A stretch of 64,000 nt of DNA from Thermoplasmatota archaeon (GCA_029762535.1 JARVGK010000004.1:17633-81632); one strand, 5' to 3'. Counted from the stretch's first letter, positions 10,449-19,588 are shown. Numbers and translations are program-made. The notes: a model not told the origin generated them from the letters alone.

Positions 10449-11648
10449 TTATCTTTTTATCGAACTCTTGTAATGTGCCTTGAGGTCGGATGCCATCTTC
10501 TCATAGTTTCTATGATCCAACACCCATTCCCTTCCTTTCATACCCATGTGCCTTGAATTATCGATATCGTTCATAAACTTTGTGATTGCATTGATGATCT
10601 CCGGTAAGGAATATGGAGGGGCGATGCCTCCTCCGCTTTGTTCTATCACTTTTTGTTGGTCTCCGATCTCTTTGTTGGCCACGACCGGTACTCCTCTTGA
10701 TAGGTATTCCACGACCTTGGTGGGTGATGATACGCGATATGCCAGTATCGGTGGTAGTATCGAAAGGCCCAGATCGCTATTATCTATTAATGTTGTGACC
10801 TCTTCAAATGGAACTTCATCGATCAGCTTCACTTGGTTCTTTAGTCCAAGCTCTTTAATTCTTCGTATCAACTTCTCACTGTAACTCTTTCTGAATACCT
10901 TACCTACGATCATTAGTTCTACTGGTACATCACTTTTCTTTATAAGACCATTTATAATTTCCAGAAGGAAGTCTATCCTTCTTACAGGGGTTATCTGACC
11001 CAGGTAAATCATTCTGAATCTTTTATCATGATCGTATTTATACAGGATCCTTTTTTCCATCATGGACCTTGCCGGGCATAATGGTAAAGGATATATCTTA
11101 TCTGTTGGAACGCCCCTCTTTGTATAATATTTGCCCATTTCTTCCGATATTGGGTGGAATATATCCGCTCTTTTGATCAACCATGCTAATATCGGTTTTT
11201 TTAAATATGCCTTTGCCGTCTTGAATAATGTCAAGATGGATGGCATTGATTTTAACTCGTTCAACTCCATGTCAAAGAACAATGACGATAGATAATATGC
11301 GAATTTTTTACCATGTGCTTTCGCAAGAAAGAAACCGATTATCCCTTCCAAAATACCGTCATTGCATAATACGATGTCTATATTGGGTTCACTCTGTAAA
11401 ATCTTTGAAGCAGTTTTGTATTTTTTATATACGGCCAACCTTGATATTACATCGCCGATATTCCCTTTGAGGGGGGTTGGCTTAATAAGATGGATCTCAT
11501 TGTTTTTCAATGTAATTGTTTTATTCGCATCACCGTATGCTATCCAGTGTACCTTATCATCACCGGAGGCGAAATATCCCATGAACAGCTGATTGAGTCT
11601 GACTCTTCTGAATGGATATTTCTCCTTCGGCAGTAATAAAATATCCAT
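10449..11648 (-). CDS. Glycosyltransferase family 4
   Basis: YLGQITPVRR and SSPTKVVEYLSRGVPVV motifs. Confidence 0.88.
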   Translation of the reverse strand: MDILLLPKEKYPFRRVRLNQLFMGYFASGDDKVHWIAYGDANKTITLKNNEIHLIKPTPLKGNIGDVISRLAVYKKYKTASKILQSEPNIDIVLCNDGILEGIIGFFLAKAHGKKFAYYLSSLFFDMELNELKSMPSILTLFKTAKAYLKKPILAWLIKRADIFHPISEEMGKYYTKRGVPTDKIYPLPLCPARSMMEKRILYKYDHDKRFRMIYLGQITPVRRIDFLLEIINGLIKKSDVPVELMIVGKVFRKSYSEKLIRRIKELGLKNQVKLIDEVPFEEVTTLIDNSDLGLSILPPILAYRVSSPTKVVEYLSRGVPVVANKEIGDQQKVIEQSGGGIAPPYSLPEIINAITKFMNDIDNSRHMGMKGREWVLDHRNYEKMASDLKAHYKSSIKR

Positions 11649-11661
11649 TCGATATTCCTCA

Positions 11662-12876
11662 TTATTTTTTCATTATGTCATAGATCAATTTGTTAAAACC
11701 GAAAATGACTTTGTATCGAATGTTCGATCCGATCTTATTATCGGATCTTAAATCCTTCCCTTCATCCGTTAGAATTCTTAGGATCTCTTTAAAACACCTC
11801 TTAACAAGGTCTTTCGATCCATCCATACCATATTTGAGATGCATGTGGAATTTTGGAGATACTAGAGTGCCCATTTCATTGATAAGTCCGGTTGATATCA
11901 GATTTGGTGCTATTATCTTCACCGGTAATAAAAATCTATGGGTCCATTGATAATCAGCATCACATTCCTTTGATAATGATCTGTTGATTTTCAGCTGGAG
12001 ATACGATCTCTTCTTCTTATCATGTATAAATGGTGGAATGTTGTAAGGCCGGGGTTCGAAACCTTGAAACGTGAAGGCATGGAAATCCATGTAGAATATC
12101 GGTTTTATCCTTTTACAGTAATTCCATATATGGTGGCTTTCGGGACATTCTTTTTTCGTGTTTCCAAAGAATTTCCAGTAAAAGTTTATCCCGTTTGTAT
12201 TCGATCCCTGTGTATTATGAAAATAACCATCCGGATTGACTATCGGGATGAGTGCGATGTTGAAATGATCCCGAGATCCGTCCTTTAAATTCATTTCAGA
12301 TAATACCTCAGCGATGGCTTCCAAGGCAATGAGATCGTTCTCCGGAGGATGGAAACCTGACAGGAATAGCAGATACGGCGATCCTTTATCTTTTACATAC
12401 TCAAATACCTTTATTTCCCTCCCTTCAACGGTCTTTCCTATTGAGATCTCATTTGCGCCTCCCTTCAAAGCCTTTTCCCGAATGGATTCCAATATCTCTT
12501 CATGGTCCATGGGTATGTAGTTGCTGATGAATGTCGAACCGGGGGCGATCCTCAATTCGAATCGATATTTTCCGGGGAGGAGCATCCTTCCATCGATCTC
12601 CTCTTTGATATATTTCTCCTGATCTTCGTTCCTTATCCAGAGCCATCCCAAATCCTGATTCATATCTTCTTTATCATTACATCCTATGCAGAATTTTACA
12701 TTAACGGGAACATCACCATCATTTCTGGCCATGAAGTGAAAATGTAGATTGTAATCGTGATCCTCGATGTATCCTATTGTTATCGGATCCTTCTTTAATT
12801 CTATGAAAGCAACATTTTTTTCGACCCTTCCGGATCCGAGCATGGATCCCTTGAAATCGCCGTCTATGGTTATCAT
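11662..12876 (-). CDS. M14-family zinc hydrolase (carboxypeptidase/deacylase-like), divergent
   Basis: IGKTVEGREI, HPPE (HxxE), PIVNPDG and MDFH zinc motifs, with an N-terminal beta-rich domain. Confidence 0.8.
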   Translation of the reverse strand: MITIDGDFKGSMLGSGRVEKNVAFIELKKDPITIGYIEDHDYNLHFHFMARNDGDVPVNVKFCIGCNDKEDMNQDLGWLWIRNEDQEKYIKEEIDGRMLLPGKYRFELRIAPGSTFISNYIPMDHEEILESIREKALKGGANEISIGKTVEGREIKVFEYVKDKGSPYLLFLSGFHPPENDLIALEAIAEVLSEMNLKDGSRDHFNIALIPIVNPDGYFHNTQGSNTNGINFYWKFFGNTKKECPESHHIWNYCKRIKPIFYMDFHAFTFQGFEPRPYNIPPFIHDKKKRSYLQLKINRSLSKECDADYQWTHRFLLPVKIIAPNLISTGLINEMGTLVSPKFHMHLKYGMDGSKDLVKRCFKEILRILTDEGKDLRSDNKIGSNIRYKVIFGFNKLIYDIMKK

Positions 12877-12881
12877 GGATA

Positions 12882-14162
12882 TCAGATCGCCTTAATATCG
12901 ATAACTGAGTTCTTCTTTCTGAGTAGAAATACTGTCAAGCCGCTCATTATGACAACTGTTGTCAAACCCACTATCATCGTGGAGTATGCTATTCCGATAA
13001 GCCCGAACCATTGAAGGAACAGATAATTCAACCCGATGTTCACAACCGGGGGTATCCAGTATAGATACAGGAGTTTCAGCTCGTTACCTGTCGCCTGGAG
13101 CGCATTGTAGAAAGGCAGCTCGAAATATTTGAAGGCGAGGTAGAATATCAGCACGGAGAAAATCGGCGCGGCTTTAAGATATTCATCGGAGAATATGATG
13201 CCTATTATTGGCTCCGATGCCAATGACAGGACTGCCGCTCCCAGGATAACGACCGCGCCCATCAGGGTCCCCCATTGGAACAACCTCTTGACCTGAATGG
13301 TATCCTGGCTCTGGAATGTCTTGATGAACATCGGGAACGTGGCGATGAACAGAAGGTTCCTCAGGATCACGCCCGGACCCATTAGATTGACCGCGATGCT
13401 GTATATACCCACATCCTCGTAAGGCCTCAAATTGGATATCATGAGTATGTCTATGGATGTCGCCAGATGACCAAGGAATAACAGTAAGCTGAAGATTATC
13501 ACGGGTTTTATCAGGCTCCATCTCGTATCCAGCATCATCCTGAACGTTATTCTTGCGAATCTCCTCGATATCCTGATGTTCAAGATCAGGGAAATGGCGA
13601 GGGTCAGAATACTTGCTATCAGCAGGATCGTCAGGCCAAGGTTGAAAACCACTACTATTATCGTGAATACCAGGTAGATCAGACGATGGATAACACCTAT
13701 TAAAGCATGATACTGCATCCTCTCGTGTACCTGATAGATTATCATGTAAAATCCTTCTAATGAACTTAGAAGGAGAGTTATGGAATAAATTGCGATCAAT
13801 ATCTTGGTGTATGGGTCGTAATTTACGAATAGTAAACCGATCAAAGACAATCCGATCGATATTGATCCGACCAGTACCCTCAAACCGACGGTGTTCGAGA
13901 GTATATCATCGAGCTTCTCCTCGTTCTTGACGCCTTCCCTGATTAGAACCTTGTTGATCTGGGGAAGGGTAAAGAACAGGAATAATGAGATGTACGATGT
14001 GACGGTGGAATAGATACCGTAATCTCGCACCCCGAGATATCGGGTGATCAAAATGAGCCCGATCATGGCCATTATCTGGGCAATAACATTTCCAACAACA
14101 AGATAAGAGAAATTCTTCATGGCCAGCTTGATCCTGCTGCCAAGGGTCATGTCGGCCTTCAT
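12882..14162 (-). CDS. Wzx/RfbX oligosaccharide flippase
   Basis: RYLGVRDYG, DILMI...DVGIYS and NIGLNYLFLQWFGLIGIAYST motifs, with about 12 TMs. Confidence 0.92.
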   Translation of the reverse strand: MKADMTLGSRIKLAMKNFSYLVVGNVIAQIMAMIGLILITRYLGVRDYGIYSTVTSYISLFLFFTLPQINKVLIREGVKNEEKLDDILSNTVGLRVLVGSISIGLSLIGLLFVNYDPYTKILIAIYSITLLLSSLEGFYMIIYQVHERMQYHALIGVIHRLIYLVFTIIVVVFNLGLTILLIASILTLAISLILNIRISRRFARITFRMMLDTRWSLIKPVIIFSLLLFLGHLATSIDILMISNLRPYEDVGIYSIAVNLMGPGVILRNLLFIATFPMFIKTFQSQDTIQVKRLFQWGTLMGAVVILGAAVLSLASEPIIGIIFSDEYLKAAPIFSVLIFYLAFKYFELPFYNALQATGNELKLLYLYWIPPVVNIGLNYLFLQWFGLIGIAYSTMIVGLTTVVIMSGLTVFLLRKKNSVIDIKAI

Positions 14163-14215
14163 CGGATCAACTCAATGATAAAAGGAACGGATAATTTCTC
14201 ATGATAAGGTCATCA

Positions 14216-15067
14216 TCATTGATCTCTACAGGCTTTGATGAACCTCATCGATCCATTGTATGATAAGAATTCAACATGGGAAAAGATGTCGCTTCTCTTG
14301 AACAGCCTCCCCACCAAATTCTCCTGACCTTCTCCGAACTCAAAAGCAAGGGATCCCCCTTCCTTCAAGATAGATGAAGATTCATTGATCAATCTGTTCA
14401 AGATATCGATCCCGAATGGGCCTCCGTCAAGGGCTATGTGCGGTTCATGGTCCTTGATCTGGGGATCCATCCTCTCGATGGAGGATCTTGGAATATAAGG
14501 CGGATTGCACACTATCATATCAATCTTGGAGGATAGGCCCATTTCCCTTATCGGAGAAAGGAGATCCCCCTCAATGATATGTACCCTATCATCAAGACCG
14601 TATCTTTGCACGTTGAGTTTTGCAACTTCCAGGGCATCGGGGGATATGTCTATAGCATAGACCTCCGCGTCTGGGTTCTCCAGGGCTATTGAGATCGCGA
14701 TATTGCCGCAGCCGGTCCCTACATCGACTATGATTGGTCGATAATTTTTTAACGCGATAGAAGCGATATGATCCCTGGCCAGATCGACCAGTAAGAATGT
14801 TTCCGGTGTGGGGATCAGTGTATGATTATTGACGATGTATCTTCTTCCCATGAACACCGCTTCCCCTAATATGTATTCGGGCGGTGTGTTCTCGTATCTC
14901 TTCCGTAAGTAATCGTATTCCAGCATGCGGTTGAGCACATCCTCCGGATCCAAATCCGTTATCTTTCCATCCAGAAGATGATCGAGCAATCGCATGAACT
15001 CGGCGAATTGGTCCTTGCCATCGATCCCGTCCATGTGATCGAATACCTTCTTCCACCCTTCGTTCAA
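14216..15067 (-). CDS. Bacterial-type PrmC/HemK-like N-methyltransferase
   Basis: PPEYILGEAVF, LIPTPET, DVGTGCG, NPPY, EPHIALDGG and EFG..Q motifs. Confidence 0.88.
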   Translation of the reverse strand: MNEGWKKVFDHMDGIDGKDQFAEFMRLLDHLLDGKITDLDPEDVLNRMLEYDYLRKRYENTPPEYILGEAVFMGRRYIVNNHTLIPTPETFLLVDLARDHIASIALKNYRPIIVDVGTGCGNIAISIALENPDAEVYAIDISPDALEVAKLNVQRYGLDDRVHIIEGDLLSPIREMGLSSKIDMIVCNPPYIPRSSIERMDPQIKDHEPHIALDGGPFGIDILNRLINESSSILKEGGSLAFEFGEGQENLVGRLFKRSDIFSHVEFLSYNGSMRFIKACRDQ

Positions 15068-15072
15068 GAATA

Positions 15073-16062
15073 TCAGACCTCCCTTGAAGGAGGCAGATCG
15101 ATGACCCCAAATAGTTCTGGACGCATGTGAAGGTATGATGTACTCCTCTTCTTCTGCTCGATGTCCTTGTATATCCTGAGGACCTGACCAAGGCTAAGTC
15201 CCGTTGTCTTCGAACATTCATCAAGTCCGACATCGTTGTTGTAGCAATAGAGCATGAGGTCCATAGTCCTCAATGGTATGGAGAAATAGAACTCCTCTTG
15301 TGTTTGCTCCATGGGGAAAGTATCGGTCGTTGGGGTCCTTTTTATGATCTCATCCGGTATCTCGTAATGCTCCGCCAGCTGATATACCTGGCTTTTGTAA
15401 AGATGGGCTATGGGTTTGAGATCGGCGGCACCATCTCCGTTCTTGACGAAGAACCCGAGCTCATACTCCAGGCGATTGGGTGTTCCCACGACCGCATAGT
15501 TCAGCCGATCCGCGTGATGGTATTCCATCATCTTTCTCACGCGCTGCTTGAAATTGGATGCGGCTATAACGCCGAGGTAACTGGAAGAGGTCATGCGTTT
15601 ATTTACAGTACTTCCGTCAGGTAGTTCGACGACGATCTGGGAGATGCTTATCCTATCGGATGAGAGGATGTTGGGCAGTATCACCTTGCACTTCCAGCTG
15701 TCCTCATATTCGGGTATCACCTCACGAATGGACATCCCCCGTCTGGTGTAGCATCCCGATGCAACAAGGATGGATGTTATATCCTCAACGATCGTCTCGA
15801 TCCCGAGATGGTCCGCGATGATTCGGCCCAATCTGTTGGTATCCTCTTTTCCCTCCCTCTCGGGCATAAGGATGCCGAATACCCGTCCGACCCCAAGGGC
15901 CTTTGCGCATATCTCAGCACAGACCGAGCTGTCAAGTCCGCCGGAAAGTCCGATGACCACGCCCTTCTTCCTCATCCTTGACAGAACAGAATCCGAAATA
16001 GCTCTCTCAAGCCTCTCTGCCTCTTTATCGCAGTCCATGAAGAGCGGTTCGTGATCGTTCAT
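15073..16062 (-). CDS. NadE-like (NH3-dependent NAD synthetase fold) ATP-dependent amide synthetase, paralogue 1
   Basis: GLSGGLDS PP-loop, NFKQRVRK, GTPNRLE, FFVKNGDG, PIAHLYKSQVY and PTTDT motifs, plus an insertion of about 45 aa. Confidence 0.88.
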   Translation of the reverse strand: MNDHEPLFMDCDKEAERLERAISDSVLSRMRKKGVVIGLSGGLDSSVCAEICAKALGVGRVFGILMPEREGKEDTNRLGRIIADHLGIETIVEDITSILVASGCYTRRGMSIREVIPEYEDSWKCKVILPNILSSDRISISQIVVELPDGSTVNKRMTSSSYLGVIAASNFKQRVRKMMEYHHADRLNYAVVGTPNRLEYELGFFVKNGDGAADLKPIAHLYKSQVYQLAEHYEIPDEIIKRTPTTDTFPMEQTQEEFYFSIPLRTMDLMLYCYNNDVGLDECSKTTGLSLGQVLRIYKDIEQKKRSTSYLHMRPELFGVIDLPPSREV

Positions 16063-16069
16063 GTCCTCT

Positions 16070-17041
16070 CTAATCTCCTTCGAACATATTAGGAGGGAGC
16101 ATCCTCAGATGCCGGGATGCTGTATGCTTCCTCTCGAAATCCGTAAAAGCCCTCTTCACCTGCTCCGTTCCAAGTCCCATTATCGAGGCTGTTCCTCGCT
16201 CGTCCATGTCATTCTCCCAGGCATAGAGGAGCATATCGAGCTTCTCGTACGGCATCCTGAAGAAGAAAGCCTCGTCGGAAACATGGGAGTTGAAAGTGTC
16301 CGGGGACGGTGGACGGTCGATAATACCCTGATGAACGCCAAGATGCCGTGACAGGGAATAGACCTGTGTTTTGTAAAGATGGGCAAGCGGCTCGATATCC
16401 ACCCCCCCGTCCCCGTATTTGACGAAATAACCCTGTATCATCTCGGTCCTGTTCGTGGTCCCGCACACGGCATGGTTCATGGACTCGGCGTGATAGTACA
16501 GGTGCATCATCCTCGTCCTCTGCTTGGTATCCGTTGCGGCCAGTATTACTTGGGAGTCTTTCCTTCTGAGCCTGGTCGAGAATACGATGTCATCCCCTTC
16601 CATAATGTCTATGGAAAAGAAGTTGATGGAGTCCTTCTCAAGGATATTCTCGGGCAGGTAAAGCCTGATCCTGTGGTTTGATGAGTATGCCGGATATATT
16701 TTTCTGATGATCTCATCCCGTTTTTCGTATGTGCCGAACGCCTCAAGAACGCTTGTGATATCCTCGACAACATACTCTATCCCAAGGGATTTGGCATGCT
16801 CTCTGGCAAGTCTTTCGCTAATGGGATTCGAATCTTTTTCAGGCAGTATAACGCCAAACACATTCTTGCTACCAAGGGCTTTAACGCACAGGGTAAGGGT
16901 CAAAGCGGAATCGATGCCACCGCTAAGTCCTACGATATAGCCCTCCCTCTTGTGTTCGTGTAGGTATTCCTTGAGGAAATGACAGATGCGATCCGCCTCT
17001 TTTTCCGGATCGATATTCATCACCTCTTTGTTTAAAGGCAT
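16070..17041 (-). CDS. NadE-like ATP-dependent amide synthetase, paralogue 2
   Basis: GLSGGIDS, DTKQRTRM, GTTNRTE, YFVKYGDG, PLAHLYKTQVY and PSPDT motifs, with the same insertion. Confidence 0.88.
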   Translation of the reverse strand: MPLNKEVMNIDPEKEADRICHFLKEYLHEHKREGYIVGLSGGIDSALTLTLCVKALGSKNVFGVILPEKDSNPISERLAREHAKSLGIEYVVEDITSVLEAFGTYEKRDEIIRKIYPAYSSNHRIRLYLPENILEKDSINFFSIDIMEGDDIVFSTRLRRKDSQVILAATDTKQRTRMMHLYYHAESMNHAVCGTTNRTEMIQGYFVKYGDGGVDIEPLAHLYKTQVYSLSRHLGVHQGIIDRPPSPDTFNSHVSDEAFFFRMPYEKLDMLLYAWENDMDERGTASIMGLGTEQVKRAFTDFERKHTASRHLRMLPPNMFEGD

Positions 17042-17059
17042 ATGATATCACCTTGAGGA

Positions 17060-17323
17060 TCAAAGCCCCTTCTTTCTTCGGACGAATTTTTCGATATTGT
17101 CGATGGTATCCAGGTTCTCCGGGATTATTTCATCATTTTCTATGACCATTTCGAACTTTTCTTCCAGGAATTCGATGACCTCGAGTATTCCCGTGGAATC
17201 GACGATCCCGGTGTCCATTAAAGATAGGCCGGGATCCAGTTCCTTGAACTTGTCGGAAAGATAGAAATTCGATGCAATGAACGTTCTTACTGTCTTGACA
17301 ATATCATTGGATCCATCTGTCAT
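17060..17323 (-). CDS. Acyl/aminoacyl carrier protein (DltC-like ACP)
   Basis: 87 aa acidic protein with GIVDSTG phosphopantetheine site, LEEKF and IPENLDTIDNI. Confidence 0.92.
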   Translation of the reverse strand: MTDGSNDIVKTVRTFIASNFYLSDKFKELDPGLSLMDTGIVDSTGILEVIEFLEEKFEMVIENDEIIPENLDTIDNIEKFVRRKKGL

Positions 17324-17406
17324 CTATACCACTCTAGGAACTATCGGAAAAAGGGTTGGGAATATATTAACTGTTCCTTACCAGTTATGATCTGATATAA
17401 TCGCTT

Positions 17407-17671
17407 GGCTGTGCCTAGGTTTGGAGGCACAGTTGTCCTACCGGCTCATATCTCATCAATACCGGTTTGGGACGGTCTTGGGGGGATATCTTACGAGGAG
17501 GATCTGCCTGAAATCGGTCCTCTCCGTTCGGACCTCGGTGACGCAATCCCTATCCAAGCTGGATATAAGGCTGTTTTTGTCGGTCTCGAGAAGATATGCG
17601 CCCTTCTCCTTGGTCTGTCGGCTCATGATGCACCACTATCTCCGTTAGGGGAGGATGGTCTTAAGCCCTGG
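17407..17671 (+). other. Hairpin-dense intergenic segment, candidate structured RNA
   Basis: At least six stems, e.g. CTGTGCCT 17409-16 / AGGCACAG 17425-32, GAGGATC/GGTCCTC and GAGAAG/CTTCTC. G-U pairs favour the + strand. The flanks are AT-rich. Confidence 0.3.
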
Positions 17672-17779
17672 AATTACTTATACTTTTTGCCGATTTCGGT
17701 TACAGTTTTTTATCTACATGGTTGTTGCTATTTAAATAGGGTTGTCTAATCATGTACAATTTATTACAATATTGACATT

Positions 17780-18724
17780 TCATAGTTTATTCTTTTTCTT
17801 GTTCGCCATGTCCAGCAGGATCTTGATCACCCTCTCGGAAACCTGGTTCATCCCGAGAAGAATGATCCCCGAGAACATGAAGAATCCACCCATAATGAGA
17901 AGCGATGCGAATATGTAAAGACCGATCAGGGACAGGTTCTCTTCGCCGCCTAAGAAGAGGCGTCCCAAAAGGACGACCAGCAGCGCCCCTATCGTCGACA
18001 GGAAGGAGAGCGCCCCGAAGAACCTCACCGGTTTGTGTATCCTTAGAACCCTCATGGCTCTGGCCAGAACGGAAAGTCCATGGTACCACGATGGTTGAGT
18101 GCTGGTGTCCAGTTCGCTGTAGGTCGATTTGATCCCGATCTCCTTCCACCGGAACCCGGCCCTGTCAGCGAGTGCGATCAGTTCCGATTCCACGGAGAAA
18201 CCGGTCTCCATGGACTCCATCAGGGATGTGACCGTTTTCATACTGTAAGCCCTGTAACCGGACTGTGAGTCCTTGATGATCTTGTTCAAAGAAAGCGATG
18301 TAGCGGTGGAGAGGATCCAGTTGCCGAACACCCTGTGGAAGGGCATCTCCTCCAGGCCCTCGTCGTGATGCCATCTGGAACCTATGGTTATATCCACTTC
18401 TCCCCGCTCTATCGGCCGGACTAGTTTTGGGATCATGCTGGGGTTATGCTGTCCGTCGCCGTCGATGAACACGATGATGTCATATCCACTCCGGTCCGCC
18501 CATTTGAACGCAGTGATGATGGCGGCTCCCTTGCCCCTGTTGCAATCATGGGATATGACCTGTGCGCCGGCCAGTTTTGCCACCAGTGCGGTATTGTCGG
18601 TAGATCCATCATCCACGACCAGTACCGAGTCGGCATACTCCTTGCTGAGAAGCACGACGGACGCTATCGTCCTCTTCTCGTTGAGCGCCGGTATCGCAAC
18701 TAATACCTTGTTCATCATCATCAC
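17780..18724 (-). CDS. Glycosyltransferase family 2 (polyprenol-phosphate glycosyltransferase/DPM1-GtrB-like) with two C-terminal TMs
   Basis: IPALNE, VVDDGSTD, NRGKG, IDGDGQH, GSR and DSQSGYRA motifs. Confidence 0.93.
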   Translation of the reverse strand: MMMMNKVLVAIPALNEKRTIASVVLLSKEYADSVLVVDDGSTDNTALVAKLAGAQVISHDCNRGKGAAIITAFKWADRSGYDIIVFIDGDGQHNPSMIPKLVRPIERGEVDITIGSRWHHDEGLEEMPFHRVFGNWILSTATSLSLNKIIKDSQSGYRAYSMKTVTSLMESMETGFSVESELIALADRAGFRWKEIGIKSTYSELDTSTQPSWYHGLSVLARAMRVLRIHKPVRFFGALSFLSTIGALLVVLLGRLFLGGEENLSLIGLYIFASLLIMGGFFMFSGIILLGMNQVSERVIKILLDMANKKKNKL

Positions 18725-18736
18725 TTCTATATGACC

Positions 18737-19588
18737 CTAATCATAGAACTTCTTTATCGCCTCGAGACGCTCCACCATAACGTTCAATGCGTTAAGTATT
18801 ATCCCGGCGACAAGCATGAACCCTCCGATCATGAACAGGAACAGCGTTATCAGTGCCGGAAAATATGACACTTCTCTGAACTTGAAGAAATGGTTCACTG
18901 TATAGAGGCCGCTTACGAAAGCCGTGGTGATCGTGGCCATGCCCAGCATGCTGTAGAATAGAAGAGGATGGTATCGGACAAGGGCGGTGATCGTTCCTAG
19001 CGGGGATCTCGGGAGGAATTTCAGGAAAGATATGCTCCTCTTCTTCGATCTGGTCTCTATCATCTCCTTGATCGATAATATCTCAAGGTCCTCTCTAGAT
19101 GCGATGTCCACAAGTTCGCTCTCGACGTTTGATATGCTTCCTCCGTCCATGATCTCGAGAAGGCCTCGATCAATTGCCCAGCATCCGATCGAACTGCCCT
19201 CCTTTGGTGGGAAAACATAGGCTGATGCGAACCTGTCGCCTTCGTTTATGCTTCTTGTTATCAGGCTTATCGCGTCCTCAGCGTCGTTGCCTCCTGAGAG
19301 ATCGAGAATGATCAGAGTGTCCTTCTTATCCTTTCTTCCGATCTCAAGGGCTTTTTTTACTACATCCTTCTTCATCACCTTTCGGTTGAACCTTATGACC
19401 CGGATCCCGGATTTGAGGGATAACTGAAGTGTCCTGTCGGAGGAGTTGTTGTCAACAACGGCTATGTCGAGATCCCTCTTCAGCTTCTTCCTGATATGAT
19501 GAATGATAAGCAATGCATTCGATGCAACGGTCATCTCATCGTTGTCGGTGAGTATCACCACCTTGAACGATTTTTTATTTATCCGCAT
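18737..19588 (-). CDS. Degenerate GT2-like membrane protein
   Basis: VVDNNSSD retained, DxD replaced by DLS, and a C-terminal RYHPLLF plus two TMs homologous to the adjacent GT2. Confidence 0.7.
   Translation of the reverse strand: MRINKKSFKVVILTDNDEMTVASNALLIIHHIRKKLKRDLDIAVVDNNSSDRTLQLSLKSGIRVIRFNRKVMKKDVVKKALEIGRKDKKDTLIILDLSGGNDAEDAISLITRSINEGDRFASAYVFPPKEGSSIGCWAIDRGLLEIMDGGSISNVESELVDIASREDLEILSIKEMIETRSKKRSISFLKFLPRSPLGTITALVRYHPLLFYSMLGMATITTAFVSGLYTVNHFFKFREVSYFPALITLFLFMIGGFMLVAGIILNALNVMVERLEAIKKFYD

Noticed and set aside
6695-17323. Fatty-acid synthase, PKS or NRPS cluster
   Set aside because: No ketosynthase, reductase, condensation or thioesterase domains; the context is glycan biosynthesis.
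17405-17749. 114-aa + strand ORF, or RNase P / SRP RNA
   Set aside because: The ORF has a TTG start and no RBS or motifs. The RNase P (GAGGAAAGUCC) and SRP helix-8 signatures were not found on either strand.
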